A stretch of 32,000 nucleotides of DNA from Wolbachia endosymbiont of Drosophila innubila (GTDB lineage Bacteria > Pseudomonadota > Alphaproteobacteria > Rickettsiales > Anaplasmataceae). Location: assembly GCF_021378375.1 (NCBI RefSeq), contig NZ_CP076228.1, positions 1,258,588-1,290,587 on the forward strand. Direction: 5' to 3'. The notes beneath the pieces are model-generated. The model was not told the origin of the DNA, ran no database searches, and saw only the letters and a program-made list of their open reading frames with translations. Made by a program: the position numbers and the translations under genes. Shown here piece after piece: positions 9,614 through 18,614 of the stretch (position 1 is its first letter; each line of letters opens with the position of its first letter).

Positions 9614-9913
9614 AGTATTAAGGGTATTTATGACTCAAAACTTGTTTTTGACCTGCAGGCTCAATGACAAAATTCAGTAAAAAACTCAGGGTATTTTTTG
9701 GCGGATTACATAAAATTATAGCGGCTGCATGTCTTTTAAATTTTTTCTACATTCAGCCAAACCGCGCTTAAACTAAGCGTCAGCACATTATTACAGCGCC
9801 ACTTACAGTAATATAGAGTCAAAACTCGCTACTCGGGGCTTCTTTTGCCTTTTTTTCGTTTGGTAAATTTCTTAAATATTTATGGCTAAAGTAACTTAAG
9901 TTCACCGACAATC

Positions 9914-10673
9914 GTCATCCCGCTACGTGTTAGCGGGATCTATGCTTTGAGATACCGCGAATGAATCGCGGTATGACGGTTCGCGGCGGCGTGACGATAA
10001 GCTCGTCATCCCGCTGCTTGTTAGCGGATCTATGTTAAGGTATAGTAGGGGATCTATGTTAAGAGATACCGCGAATGAATCGCGGTATGACGGTGTAGAT
10101 GATGGTTAAGTAATTCGTCATCCCGCTGCTTGTTAGCGGCTAAGAGATACCGCGGCATGACGTAGGATTGTTGTCATCCCGCTACGTGTTAGCGGGATCT
10201 ATGCTTTGAGATACCGCGAATGAATCGCGGTATGACGGTTCGCGGCGGTATGACGTAGAAGCTATACTTTTATACTCACCAACTCAGTATCCAATCTGGA
10301 TCCCAGTGTCGGCTACTCGGATGACACCATAATAAAGTGAAACTAGATTCCACCTTCACGCGCTGGAATGACACCCTGACAATCGTCATCCCGCTACGTG
10401 TTAGCGGCTAAGAGATACCGCGGCATGACGTAGGATTGCTGTCATCCCGCTGCTTGTTAGCGGGATCTATGTGAGATACCGTGAATAAATCACGGTATGA
10501 CGGTTCGCGGCGGTATGACGTAGAAGCTATACTTTTATACTCACCAACTCAGTATCCAATCTGGATCCCAGTGTCGGCTACTCGGATGACATTATAGGGG
10601 CGCTGGCCTGACAATCGTCATCCCGCTACGTGTTAGCGGGATCTATGTTAAGAGATACCGCGGCGGTATGACG
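9914..10673. repeat. Island of stacked palindromic repeat elements (RPE/WPE-like)
   Basis: Seven gtcatcccgct starts (9914, 10005, 10117, 10173, 10385, 10441, 10617). Units carry hairpins atcccgcta/tagcgggat and ataccgcga/tcgcggtat bounded by gtcat...atgac. A higher-order tandem unit starts at 10117, 10385 and 10617. An identical 99-nt block occurs at 10228-10326 and 10493-10591. Confidence 0.85.
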
Positions 10674-10748
10674 TATAGAAACTAAAAAAGTTCTTTTTTA
10701 AAAAACTTAAGTTATACTTATAAGTATTTGATACTTTTTATAGTGATT

Positions 10749-13403
10749 ATGTCGAGTTTAAGCTGCCTTTATGGTGATAATGCAGAATTTGTGGAAGAAA
10801 TGTATAGCCGTTATTTGCAGGGTGATAAATCAATCGGGGAGGATTGGTATAGAATTTTTTCAAGCAATTTAGAAGTTAATAAAGCGGAGACCTGCGGTGC
10901 ACAACATGTAACTAAGGTGGATGATTCAGTTTCTAGTTTAGCAAATTTTTTCAGATCTTACGGTCATTTTTTTGCGGATCTTAATCCGTTATTACCCAAT
11001 GTGAATAAGGAAGTAGATTATCAGAAATATTCGAATCTATATCCGGCAAGTGACGCTGGAATCTATAGAGATATTTACTGCAAGAACATCGGTTTTGAAT
11101 TTATGCATATCTCCTCTTATGAGGAGAGGATGTGGCTGCAGGAAAAGATCGAAAATCAAACCTATACGCTGAGTTCACAAGATAAAAAGGAAATACTGAG
11201 GCACTTGATCGAATCTGAGATGTTCGAGCAATTTCTCCATATGAAATTTCCTGGATATAAACGCTTTTCTATTGAAGGTGGAGAATCAGCTATCGTTGCA
11301 ATTGAAAAAATCATTAGTGATTCTACGGTTTTTGGTATTGAAGAAATAGTCCTTGGCATGGCTCACCGCGGACGACTCAATGTTCTAACCAAAGTGATGG
11401 GGAAAGAATATGCGGCAATGCTGTCTGAATTTCAAGGCAATCTTGCATACCCAAGTGGTCTTGAGGTGTCCGGTGATGTTAAATATCACCTTGGTTACTC
11501 TTCTGATCGAGCACTTTCAGGTGGCAAAAAAATACATTTAAGTTTATTCCCTAATCCATCTCACCTTGAAGCGGTAAATCCGGTTTTGGCTGGAAGAATA
11601 AGAGCAAAACAGAATATAAGATCTGTGCTTGGCATATCAATTCATGGTGATGCGGCTTTCATCGGTCAAGGAGTGGTTGCTGAAACTTTAACCTTAAGCA
11701 ATATTGAAGGCTATAAAGTGGATGGCATTGTGCACATTGTCATTAATAACCAAGTTGGTTTTACTGCTAACCCATGTTGCGCACGATCCTCTTTTTATTG
11801 CACTGATATAGCAAAATCAATAGAAGCTCCAGTGTTTCACGTCAATGGAGATAACCCGGAAGCTGTGAGTTTTGCTACAAGTCTGGCGATGGAATATAGG
11901 CAGAAATTTAAAAAGGACGTAGTAATTGACATAATGTGCTACCGCAAATATGGCCATAATGAAGGTGATGAACCGAATTTCACTCAGCCACTTATGTATA
12001 AGGCGATATCAAAGCATAAAACTCCTGGAACATTGTATGAAGAAAAATTGACTGCAGAGAAAGTATTAGATGGCGATGAAGTAAATAAATTGCGCAGTGA
12101 ATTCAGGGCAAAATTAGATAAAAGTCTTGCTGAATCAGCGGCTTACACTCCAAAAAAAGCTGACTGGTTCGGTGGAGTGTGGTCAAAATTAAGAAGAGCA
12201 AAGCTGAACGATTTGAGCGAATACTACACGGATTCTGGTGTTCCGCCAGATGAGCTGAAAAAATTAGGTGTGCGTATAAATAGCAATATCCCAAGTAACT
12301 TTAACATTAACAATAAGGTTAGAAAAATACTCGATGGCAGAATAGACAGCATAAATTTTGGTAGTAATATAGACTGGGCAACTGCCGAAAGTCTTGCGTT
12401 TGCATCACTGCTCACAGAAAGAATAGGAGTGCGTTTATCAGGACAAGACTCTGGTCGTGGAACTTTCTCGCACCGTCATTCAAGGCTTGTTGATCAGGTA
12501 ACAGAAGAAGCATTTATTCCGCTAAACAATATAAATGAAAAGCAAGCTCACTTTGAGGTCATAGATAGCGCACTATCTGAGTATGCTGTAATGGGCTTTG
12601 AATATGGATATAGTCTTGATTCTCCGTATTCACTGGTGCTCTGGGAAGGACAATTTGGTGATTTTGCAAACGGTGCGCAAATTATGATCGACCAGTTTAT
12701 CGCATCTGCAGAAACAAAGTGGTTGCGATCAAGCGGTCTAGTTTTATTGCTGCCTCATGGTTATGAAGGACAGGGACCTGAGCATAGCTCCGCACGTATA
12801 GAGAGATTTTTGCAACTCTGCGCAGAGGATAATATGCAGGTAGTTAATTGTTCCACTCCGGCGAATTACTTCCATGTCTTACGCAGACAAATGCATAGAG
12901 ACTTTCGTAAGCCTCTGGTAGTGTTTACACCTAAATCGCTACTGCGCCACAAAAGAGCAGTATCTAACCTATCTGATTTTGAAGGAAAATTCCTCACAGT
13001 AATTCCAGAATGTAGAACAGGTTTAGTTTCGAATGATAAAATACGTAAAGTTGTAATATGCAGTGGTAAAGTTTATTACGACATATGTGAAGCACAAAAA
13101 ATAAACGATATAGCAGTAATACGTTTGGAGCAATTCTATCCTTTTCCTGCAGATAAACTAAGTAATGAACTTGAAAAGTACAAAAACGCTGAAATTATAT
13201 GGTGTCAAGAAGAACCAAAAAATATGGGAGGATGGTTTTTTGTCAACCCATTGATAGAAGAAGTGTTATCTAATCTCGATATCCAAGCAAAAAGACCTAA
13301 GTGTATCGCAAGACCTGCTGCTGCATCTCCTGCATGTGGTTATGTTAGTGTTCACACTCAGCAGCAGGAGGAGATTTTAAAGCAGGTTATGCAGGGGATC
13401 TAG
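10749..13403 (+). CDS. sucA: 2-oxoglutarate dehydrogenase E1 component
   Basis: N-terminus MSSLSCLYGDNAEFVEEMYSRYL and ThDP-enzyme motifs (GMAHRGRLNVL, HGDAAFIGQGVV, EGQGPEHSSAR). The ATG at 10749 is preferred to the track's TTG at 10728. Confidence 0.95.
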   Translation: MSSLSCLYGDNAEFVEEMYSRYLQGDKSIGEDWYRIFSSNLEVNKAETCGAQHVTKVDDSVSSLANFFRSYGHFFADLNPLLPNVNKEVDYQKYSNLYPASDAGIYRDIYCKNIGFEFMHISSYEERMWLQEKIENQTYTLSSQDKKEILRHLIESEMFEQFLHMKFPGYKRFSIEGGESAIVAIEKIISDSTVFGIEEIVLGMAHRGRLNVLTKVMGKEYAAMLSEFQGNLAYPSGLEVSGDVKYHLGYSSDRALSGGKKIHLSLFPNPSHLEAVNPVLAGRIRAKQNIRSVLGISIHGDAAFIGQGVVAETLTLSNIEGYKVDGIVHIVINNQVGFTANPCCARSSFYCTDIAKSIEAPVFHVNGDNPEAVSFATSLAMEYRQKFKKDVVIDIMCYRKYGHNEGDEPNFTQPLMYKAISKHKTPGTLYEEKLTAEKVLDGDEVNKLRSEFRAKLDKSLAESAAYTPKKADWFGGVWSKLRRAKLNDLSEYYTDSGVPPDELKKLGVRINSNIPSNFNINNKVRKILDGRIDSINFGSNIDWATAESLAFASLLTERIGVRLSGQDSGRGTFSHRHSRLVDQVTEEAFIPLNNINEKQAHFEVIDSALSEYAVMGFEYGYSLDSPYSLVLWEGQFGDFANGAQIMIDQFIASAETKWLRSSGLVLLLPHGYEGQGPEHSSARIERFLQLCAEDNMQVVNCSTPANYFHVLRRQMHRDFRKPLVVFTPKSLLRHKRAVSNLSDFEGKFLTVIPECRTGLVSNDKIRKVVICSGKVYYDICEAQKINDIAVIRLEQFYPFPADKLSNELEKYKNAEIIWCQEEPKNMGGWFFVNPLIEEVLSNLDIQAKRPKCIARPAAASPACGYVSVHTQQQEEILKQVMQGI

Positions 13404-13646
13404 CACAATTGTGCAAATATTGAAGCGAAAGCTGGCAAGCGAACATTGTTCATCAGATCTTGACGCTGGGCACTGCAGCCAGGCGCAATAGAAAACGCAT
13501 TACACCAATAAAGCCCTTTTGGTACTCAAGCAAATATAAAAGATTTTTATTCTATTAAAAAAATTTAATTTTTATTAAAATTTTCATTTATTTTTATTTA
13601 AAAAGTAAACATTATTAATATTTACTTTAATTAATATAGGATATAT

Positions 13647-15352
13647 ATGAATACAAAAATATTTGAGATGTTAATAAGGAGAACTGGTCTACGCAGAGAT
13701 AGCAAAGCTGAGATCATACAGTTAAATAGAAATGAAAAAGCTTTTGTAGATGAGGATAAAGAATCTATCGAATTAGCTGAGGCCATTTTTGAAGAGAATA
13801 ATATGTTTCGTTTCCGCAAATCAGGTCCTGCTATGGATTACATTTTGCACAAATTAATAAATGATAGGAAGCTTTTCGAGGAAATGAAAGATAGAGGTAC
13901 AAGTATAATACGTCTTTTTTCTTTGTTATCAATGTATCATGGTCGTCTCAATTGCTGTGTTATAAGAAAAGGAGGGTGTATTACTGAGTGTGGCATACTT
14001 GATTACGCTGGCACCTATCCAGAACTAGTGCCTTTAGAGGACTTTATACTTATTGAGCCTTCCTCGTACCTCGAGTACATTGTGTTTGACAATGAGAATA
14101 TCAGAAATAGGTTAGCTGAAGACTTAACTGAAGATAAAACAAAATTAGATATCTTTTTGAATGGAATTTTAGCAACAAAGAATTCGGATTTAGTATTATC
14201 TTGTATTAGAGGTTGTCCGGAAACAAGTAAATTCAAGCATATTCCCTCTTTAACATAACCCTACTCATAGCTAGGTATATGAAATTCTCAGTGGATGTTG
14301 TGAGTAAATCATACTCCTTCGATAGCCTTCTATTCCTATTAACCCAAGCAAAAGTCCTTTCTACAACCCATCTTCTTGGCTGTACTTTAAACCCTTGTTC
14401 TCTTGTTGGTAGTAGCTCAGGTGGCGTATCTTTGTGCACCCAAAATCTACATGGAGGCCTTTTAACAATTTCAATATCTATGTCATATTCTTCCTTTATG
14501 TGATTCTTTAAATTTCTTCCTTGGTATCCCATGTCAGCCCACATTTTTTTAACTTTAGTATATTTTGTTCTCATATTGTTTAATGCTATTTTAATACCAT
14601 CTCTATCATTTTCGTTAGCAGCGCCTACGTAACAACCTAGTATAAAACCCTGAGTGTCTGTAATTATATGCCTTTTTCTACCCTTTACTTTTTTACTTCC
14701 ATCATAGCCTTTGATCCCCCTTTTCTGTAGTCTTTACAGATTGACTATCTACTATACAGGCACTCGGCTGCTCATTCTTTCCTATTTTTCTTCTACTATA
14801 TTTTGTAATTTCATAATTCATTTTCTCAAAATTCCCTGCTTCTTCCATTGCCTGAACTGCTCATACACAGTCTTCCATAGCGGAAAATCATTTGGTAAAT
14901 ACCGCCATTGACACCCTGTACGCAATACATAGAAAATTGCTTCTAATATTTCTTTTTTGCTATACTTTGGCAGCCTTCCTCCTTTCTTGTATGATACTCT
15001 GAAGTGTTTTTCTATTCTTGCCCATTCCCTTTCGCTTAGATCTGTTGGATACTTTTTTCTCATCTTTACCCCGTACTAAAATTTCAGATATTATAGCCTT
15101 TTACTTGTTTCCGGACAACCTCTTAACAAGATAGAGGTTCTTAATGAGGAAGATAGATATTTTGTTAATCTCTTACAGAAAAACGGCATGCTAGACTACA
15201 TCTTAAACAAAGATGATACAACACTTGCAAAATCAACTCTAAAGGAGTTGTTGAAGCTTTCTATTTTGCAGGAAGAAAAAAGCACTGAGTTAGAATCTCC
15301 CCAAGCTTCAAGTGTAAATGTTAGCAAAGCTCAGCAACATTGTAGTATATAG
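13647..15352 (+). pseudogene. Unknown-function gene interrupted by an IS element
   Basis: The 5' part (13647-14208) and 3' part (15126-15352) join in frame when the IS plus one TTA duplication is removed. That gives 262 codons ending at TAG 15350-15352. Confidence 0.7.
14209..15122 (-). mobile_element. IS5-family insertion sequence (ISWpi1-like), copy 1
   Basis: 914 bp with terminal inverted repeats gaggttgtccggaaacaagtaaa / tttacttgtttccggacaacctc. TTA duplications flank it at 14206-14208 and 15123-15125. Transposase fragments lie at 15063-14818 and 14574-14233 and are frame-disrupted. Confidence 0.9.
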
Positions 15353-15382
15353 CTGGTGATAAAGTTTAAAATAATTGCATAT

Positions 15383-15413
15383 ACTGAGGCTCATTTAGGT
15401 ATAGAGCCTCAGT
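15383..15413. terminator. Stem-loop between convergent genes (candidate bidirectional terminator)
   Basis: actgaggctc (15383-15392) pairs perfectly with gagcctcagt (15404-15413) around an 11-nt loop. It lies between the stop at 15352 (+) and the stop at 15483 (-). The T tract after it is weak (gcttaattttt). Confidence 0.45.
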
Positions 15414-15482
15414 GGTGCTTAATTTTTCAATTTATGGTAGACTAGTAGCCCTACTATGATGTGGATCTATGCTCGCTTATAA

Positions 15483-16079
15483 CTAAAATTTCACTTCCAC
15501 CAAGGGGATATTATTCCAGCTATTGCTTCCATAGTCATCAATAGAAGCGTTTAAGTAATCTGTATCAAAGCGCACGGGCACATCAAATTCGAAGCTCGCA
15601 GTGATTATTGCATCTTTTACTGGCGGTTTCATGAATGTTATTTCTCCCGTTGAATAATTTACTGAATATTCACTCTCTTCTTTACCATTTAAATAAATCT
15701 TTACTGTCCCATGCACTGGCTTTTTGATCATACGTATATGCTTATCTTCCCCACTTACATAAGTTTTGATTAGCTGAAAAGTCGTTTTTTTGTTATCTCC
15801 TATACCAATCTCTTGGTTGATGGCTATAAAATCCGACCAATCCTTAAAACGAAACCCTATTGCTTTACCTTTTCGTGCATGAAAAAATGTTATTAGTTCT
15901 AGTAGCTGCTCGTTTGATCTGACCCCGTAAGCTATGTTGTATCTAGTGCGTGCATGAGACCAATTGATGTTGCGCTGTTCACAACCATTGTGAGTTGTTA
16001 CAACGTCAGTGGAAAATTCCGGTCCTCCAGTGGAACCATAAGATATATTTTCTGGAAATCTAATTTCTGTGAATGACAT
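15483..16079 (-). CDS. DUF2460 / TIGR02217-family protein (GTA g12-like distal tail protein homolog)
   Basis: N-terminus MSFTEIRFPENISYGSTGGPEF...RNINWSHARTRYNIAYGVRS...FFHARKGKAIGFRFKDWSDF matches the family pattern I know from alphaproteobacterial GTA clusters. Confidence 0.8.
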   Translation of the reverse strand: MSFTEIRFPENISYGSTGGPEFSTDVVTTHNGCEQRNINWSHARTRYNIAYGVRSNEQLLELITFFHARKGKAIGFRFKDWSDFIAINQEIGIGDNKKTTFQLIKTYVSGEDKHIRMIKKPVHGTVKIYLNGKEESEYSVNYSTGEITFMKPPVKDAIITASFEFDVPVRFDTDYLNASIDDYGSNSWNNIPLVEVKF

Positions 16080-16269
16080 ATGTCCTCCTGTGAAAGTAAA
16101 ATAGTTTGGTTGAAGAAAATGTTGTAATTTGAAAGCGTTTCACATAGTAAATGACGCTATGGAAAGTGGATGAGATTACTGAGTTAAACTGCTGTTACAC
16201 CCACAATTGCTATACTCAGGTTCATTTGAGTTGTCAAGCAAAAAAATAAAATTTTATGGCAAACTGTAA

Positions 16270-17028
16270 CTAGCCTTGCTTGTGACTTAATTCATCTACT
16301 TTTTTGCGTAATACATTCAAATCAGTTACTCCTACAAACAGGCTATCTCCAATTATTAAAAAAGGTGTACCACCTACTCCCAAATCTCTTACTAGAAGCC
16401 TACTGTTGTTTATCATTTGCTCAATTTTGTCCGCGTTATCTTTTATGGAATCATTAAAATCGTCCTCATCAATCCCTATGTTTTTCACTATATCCAATAT
16501 GCTTTCGTCTGAAAATTCTCCTTTGTGACTTAAAGCAGCATGGTGAAAATCGAAATATTTTTCTTTATCGAGAAAATAGACAGCTAAAGCACTTTTTGCT
16601 GCCTTTAAAGAAGCGTTACCAAGTATTGGAGCATCCCTAAAGATATACTTAATTTTGCCGTCGTTAATTAACTGCTTTATATCATTCTTTATAGCTTTGC
16701 AATGTCCACAAGAATAGTCAACGAAGCCTACAGCTATAACACTACTATTTTCATTTCTGGAGTAAGGATAAGTAAGGTCAAATATTTGATCCTTGTATTG
16801 TGAAATTTTACTTTTGGTTACATTATCTCGAGCAGCGTAACTACTTTTAATCGACTCCTCTTTGAGAGTTTTTACGATCTTATCAAAATTTCTGCTTATA
16901 TAATTATCTAATTTCTCACCTATATAATCATCGTTTAGCATTTGGCTGCGATTTGAAAGCCAATTGTTTATTATCGGCAAGCTTGCTATTGCTATTATTA
17001 AAATTAATAAAAACGATATTCTAGACAT
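16270..17028 (-). CDS. DsbA-family thiol:disulfide oxidoreductase with N-terminal anchor and extension
   Basis: Hydrophobic N-terminus, CGHC active site (VDYSCGHCK) and a GVGGTP cis-Pro loop. Confidence 0.85.
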   Translation of the reverse strand: MSRISFLLILIIAIASLPIINNWLSNRSQMLNDDYIGEKLDNYISRNFDKIVKTLKEESIKSSYAARDNVTKSKISQYKDQIFDLTYPYSRNENSSVIAVGFVDYSCGHCKAIKNDIKQLINDGKIKYIFRDAPILGNASLKAAKSALAVYFLDKEKYFDFHHAALSHKGEFSDESILDIVKNIGIDEDDFNDSIKDNADKIEQMINNSRLLVRDLGVGGTPFLIIGDSLFVGVTDLNVLRKKVDELSHKQG

Positions 17029-17284
17029 ACAATTTATTTAAAAACCTACAATATAAAACTTTTAGTACACATTTATCTATATATTAAAAGAAGCATCTAA
17101 TGTTAATATATAAAAACATTTATATCAAGTGTATTTTATAACCAGTTTTGCCTCAAATGCAAACTTTACACAATAAAACTCAAGCACATTACCACAAAGT
17201 TCATCAGAAGACTTGGTAGCAGAGGCGCGCGGAGCGTAGATTTAAGTTGTTTCCGCTGTGTATAATTTTCCGCGGAATAAACAT

Positions 17285-17437
17285 ATGAACGAGCCAATAA
17301 TTGGTAGAGAAAAAGAAATAGCTATTCTACAAGACAAACTTCTTTCTCAATCAGCCGAATTTATTGCTGTTTATGGTCGGCGTCGTGTAAATGTTGTATT
17401 ATCTGCATTTTATCAGCATAATATAGAAGTAATGTAA
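17285..17437 (+). pseudogene. N-terminal stub of an AAA-type ATP-binding protein
   Basis: The 50 codons IIGREKEIAILQDKLLSQSAEFIAVYGRRRV resemble the lead-in to a GRRRVGKT Walker A. The sequence diverges after 17389 and stops at 17435-17437. Confidence 0.45.
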
Positions 17438-17447
17438 TGCAGATATT

Positions 17448-18527
17448 ATGCCGATGCCAAATTATACGATTACTTCTAAAATTGCTAGTTGTCTTATAAG
17501 GATTGAAGCAGCAAAAGAAAAAGTGTTACATTTGCCGCTCACTGTATCAATGCTTTTGTCTCTTCGTGAAACTGCACGGCTTTATACCACACACTATTCT
17601 ACTATGATTGAAGGAAATCGACTTGAACCTAAACAGATTGAAGAGGTTTTAAGTGGTAAAAGCCACTTTCCAAAATATAGGAGAGATGAAAATGAGGTTA
17701 AAGGATATTATGCAGCTTTAACTCAAGTTGAACAATGGGCAGCAAGGAGAATACCCATTACTGAGAAAGCTGTTCAAACACTACATGCTCTAGTAATAGC
17801 AAGTGGAAAATCTAAAATAAAATCAACACCTTATCGTGATGGTCAAAATGTTATCCGCGATAGTCTTACACGTGCAATAATTTATATGCTACCTGAAGCA
17901 AAGGATGTACCAAAGCTCATGAGCAGTATGATTGATTGGATTCGTAACAGTGAGCAAGTGCCTTGCCCAATTATTGCAGGTATTGCGCATTATCAATTTG
18001 TAACAATTCACCCTTACTATGACGGTAATGGTCGTACTGCAAGATTGTTGACTACATTAATTTTACACCTTGGTGGGTATGACCTAAAAGGACTTTATTC
18101 ATTGGAAGAATATTATGCTAAGAATCTAGGAGCTTATTATGAGGCAATCAGTGTAGGTCCATCGCACAATTATTATATGGGACGAGCTGAAGCAGATATC
18201 ACTAAGTGGGTGGAGTATTTCGTAGAAGGTATGGCAAATTCATTTGAGAACGTTTTACAACGTATAAATGAAGAAGAATACCACACTGATCAGACTGATC
18301 TTATACGTAAGCTTGATCCTAAACAACGCAAAGCTCTTGAGCTCTTCCAGGAGTTTTCCGCTATTACAGCTAGTCAGGTTGGCGAACTATTTAATTTTAA
18401 GCCTCGTACCAGTGCGCAACTTTGTAAAAAGTGGGTGGAAATGGGGTTTATCAAGATTGTAGATTTTTCCAATAGAGGAAGGAAATACAAACTTAGTAAG
18501 CAATATGAAGATTTGATCTCAAATTAA
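17448..18527 (+). CDS. Fic-family protein (AMPylase type) with N-terminal inhibitory motif and C-terminal wHTH
   Basis: Fic motif HPYYDGNGRTARLL, class II inhibitory motif STMIEGN (SxxxEG) and a C-terminal winged-helix-like segment. Confidence 0.9.
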   Translation: MPMPNYTITSKIASCLIRIEAAKEKVLHLPLTVSMLLSLRETARLYTTHYSTMIEGNRLEPKQIEEVLSGKSHFPKYRRDENEVKGYYAALTQVEQWAARRIPITEKAVQTLHALVIASGKSKIKSTPYRDGQNVIRDSLTRAIIYMLPEAKDVPKLMSSMIDWIRNSEQVPCPIIAGIAHYQFVTIHPYYDGNGRTARLLTTLILHLGGYDLKGLYSLEEYYAKNLGAYYEAISVGPSHNYYMGRAEADITKWVEYFVEGMANSFENVLQRINEEEYHTDQTDLIRKLDPKQRKALELFQEFSAITASQVGELFNFKPRTSAQLCKKWVEMGFIKIVDFSNRGRKYKLSKQYEDLISN

Positions 18528-18614
18528 CTGAAAGCTCGCTAGACAGTGCATAGGTCAAATTTCAATAAAGTGCTTGAAAACTAGATATAAACTTAAAATT
18601 TTAAAAACTGGAAT

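Noticed and set aside
9914-10673. Repeat island considered as a CRISPR array
   Set aside because: The repeats are internally palindromic two-hairpin units of variable type and spacing, often directly abutting with no unique spacers. No cas genes are in the window.
10728-10748. Track start (TTG 10728) for sucA
   Set aside because: The added residues MILFIVI are not SucA-like. The ATG at 10749 gives the canonical MSSLSCLYGDNAEFVEEMY N-terminus.
13403-13646. 12-bp palindrome gcacaattgtgc at the sucA stop and a GC-richer patch after it, considered as a terminator or a sucB remnant
   Set aside because: No T tract follows the palindrome. No frame of the patch gives a lipoyl or E2-like translation, so there is not enough evidence.
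15483-17028. DUF2460 gene taken as evidence of a prophage or GTA cluster
   Set aside because: No capsid, portal, terminase, tail or lysis genes are adjacent. The neighbours are a DsbA-like gene and an IS-disrupted unknown gene.
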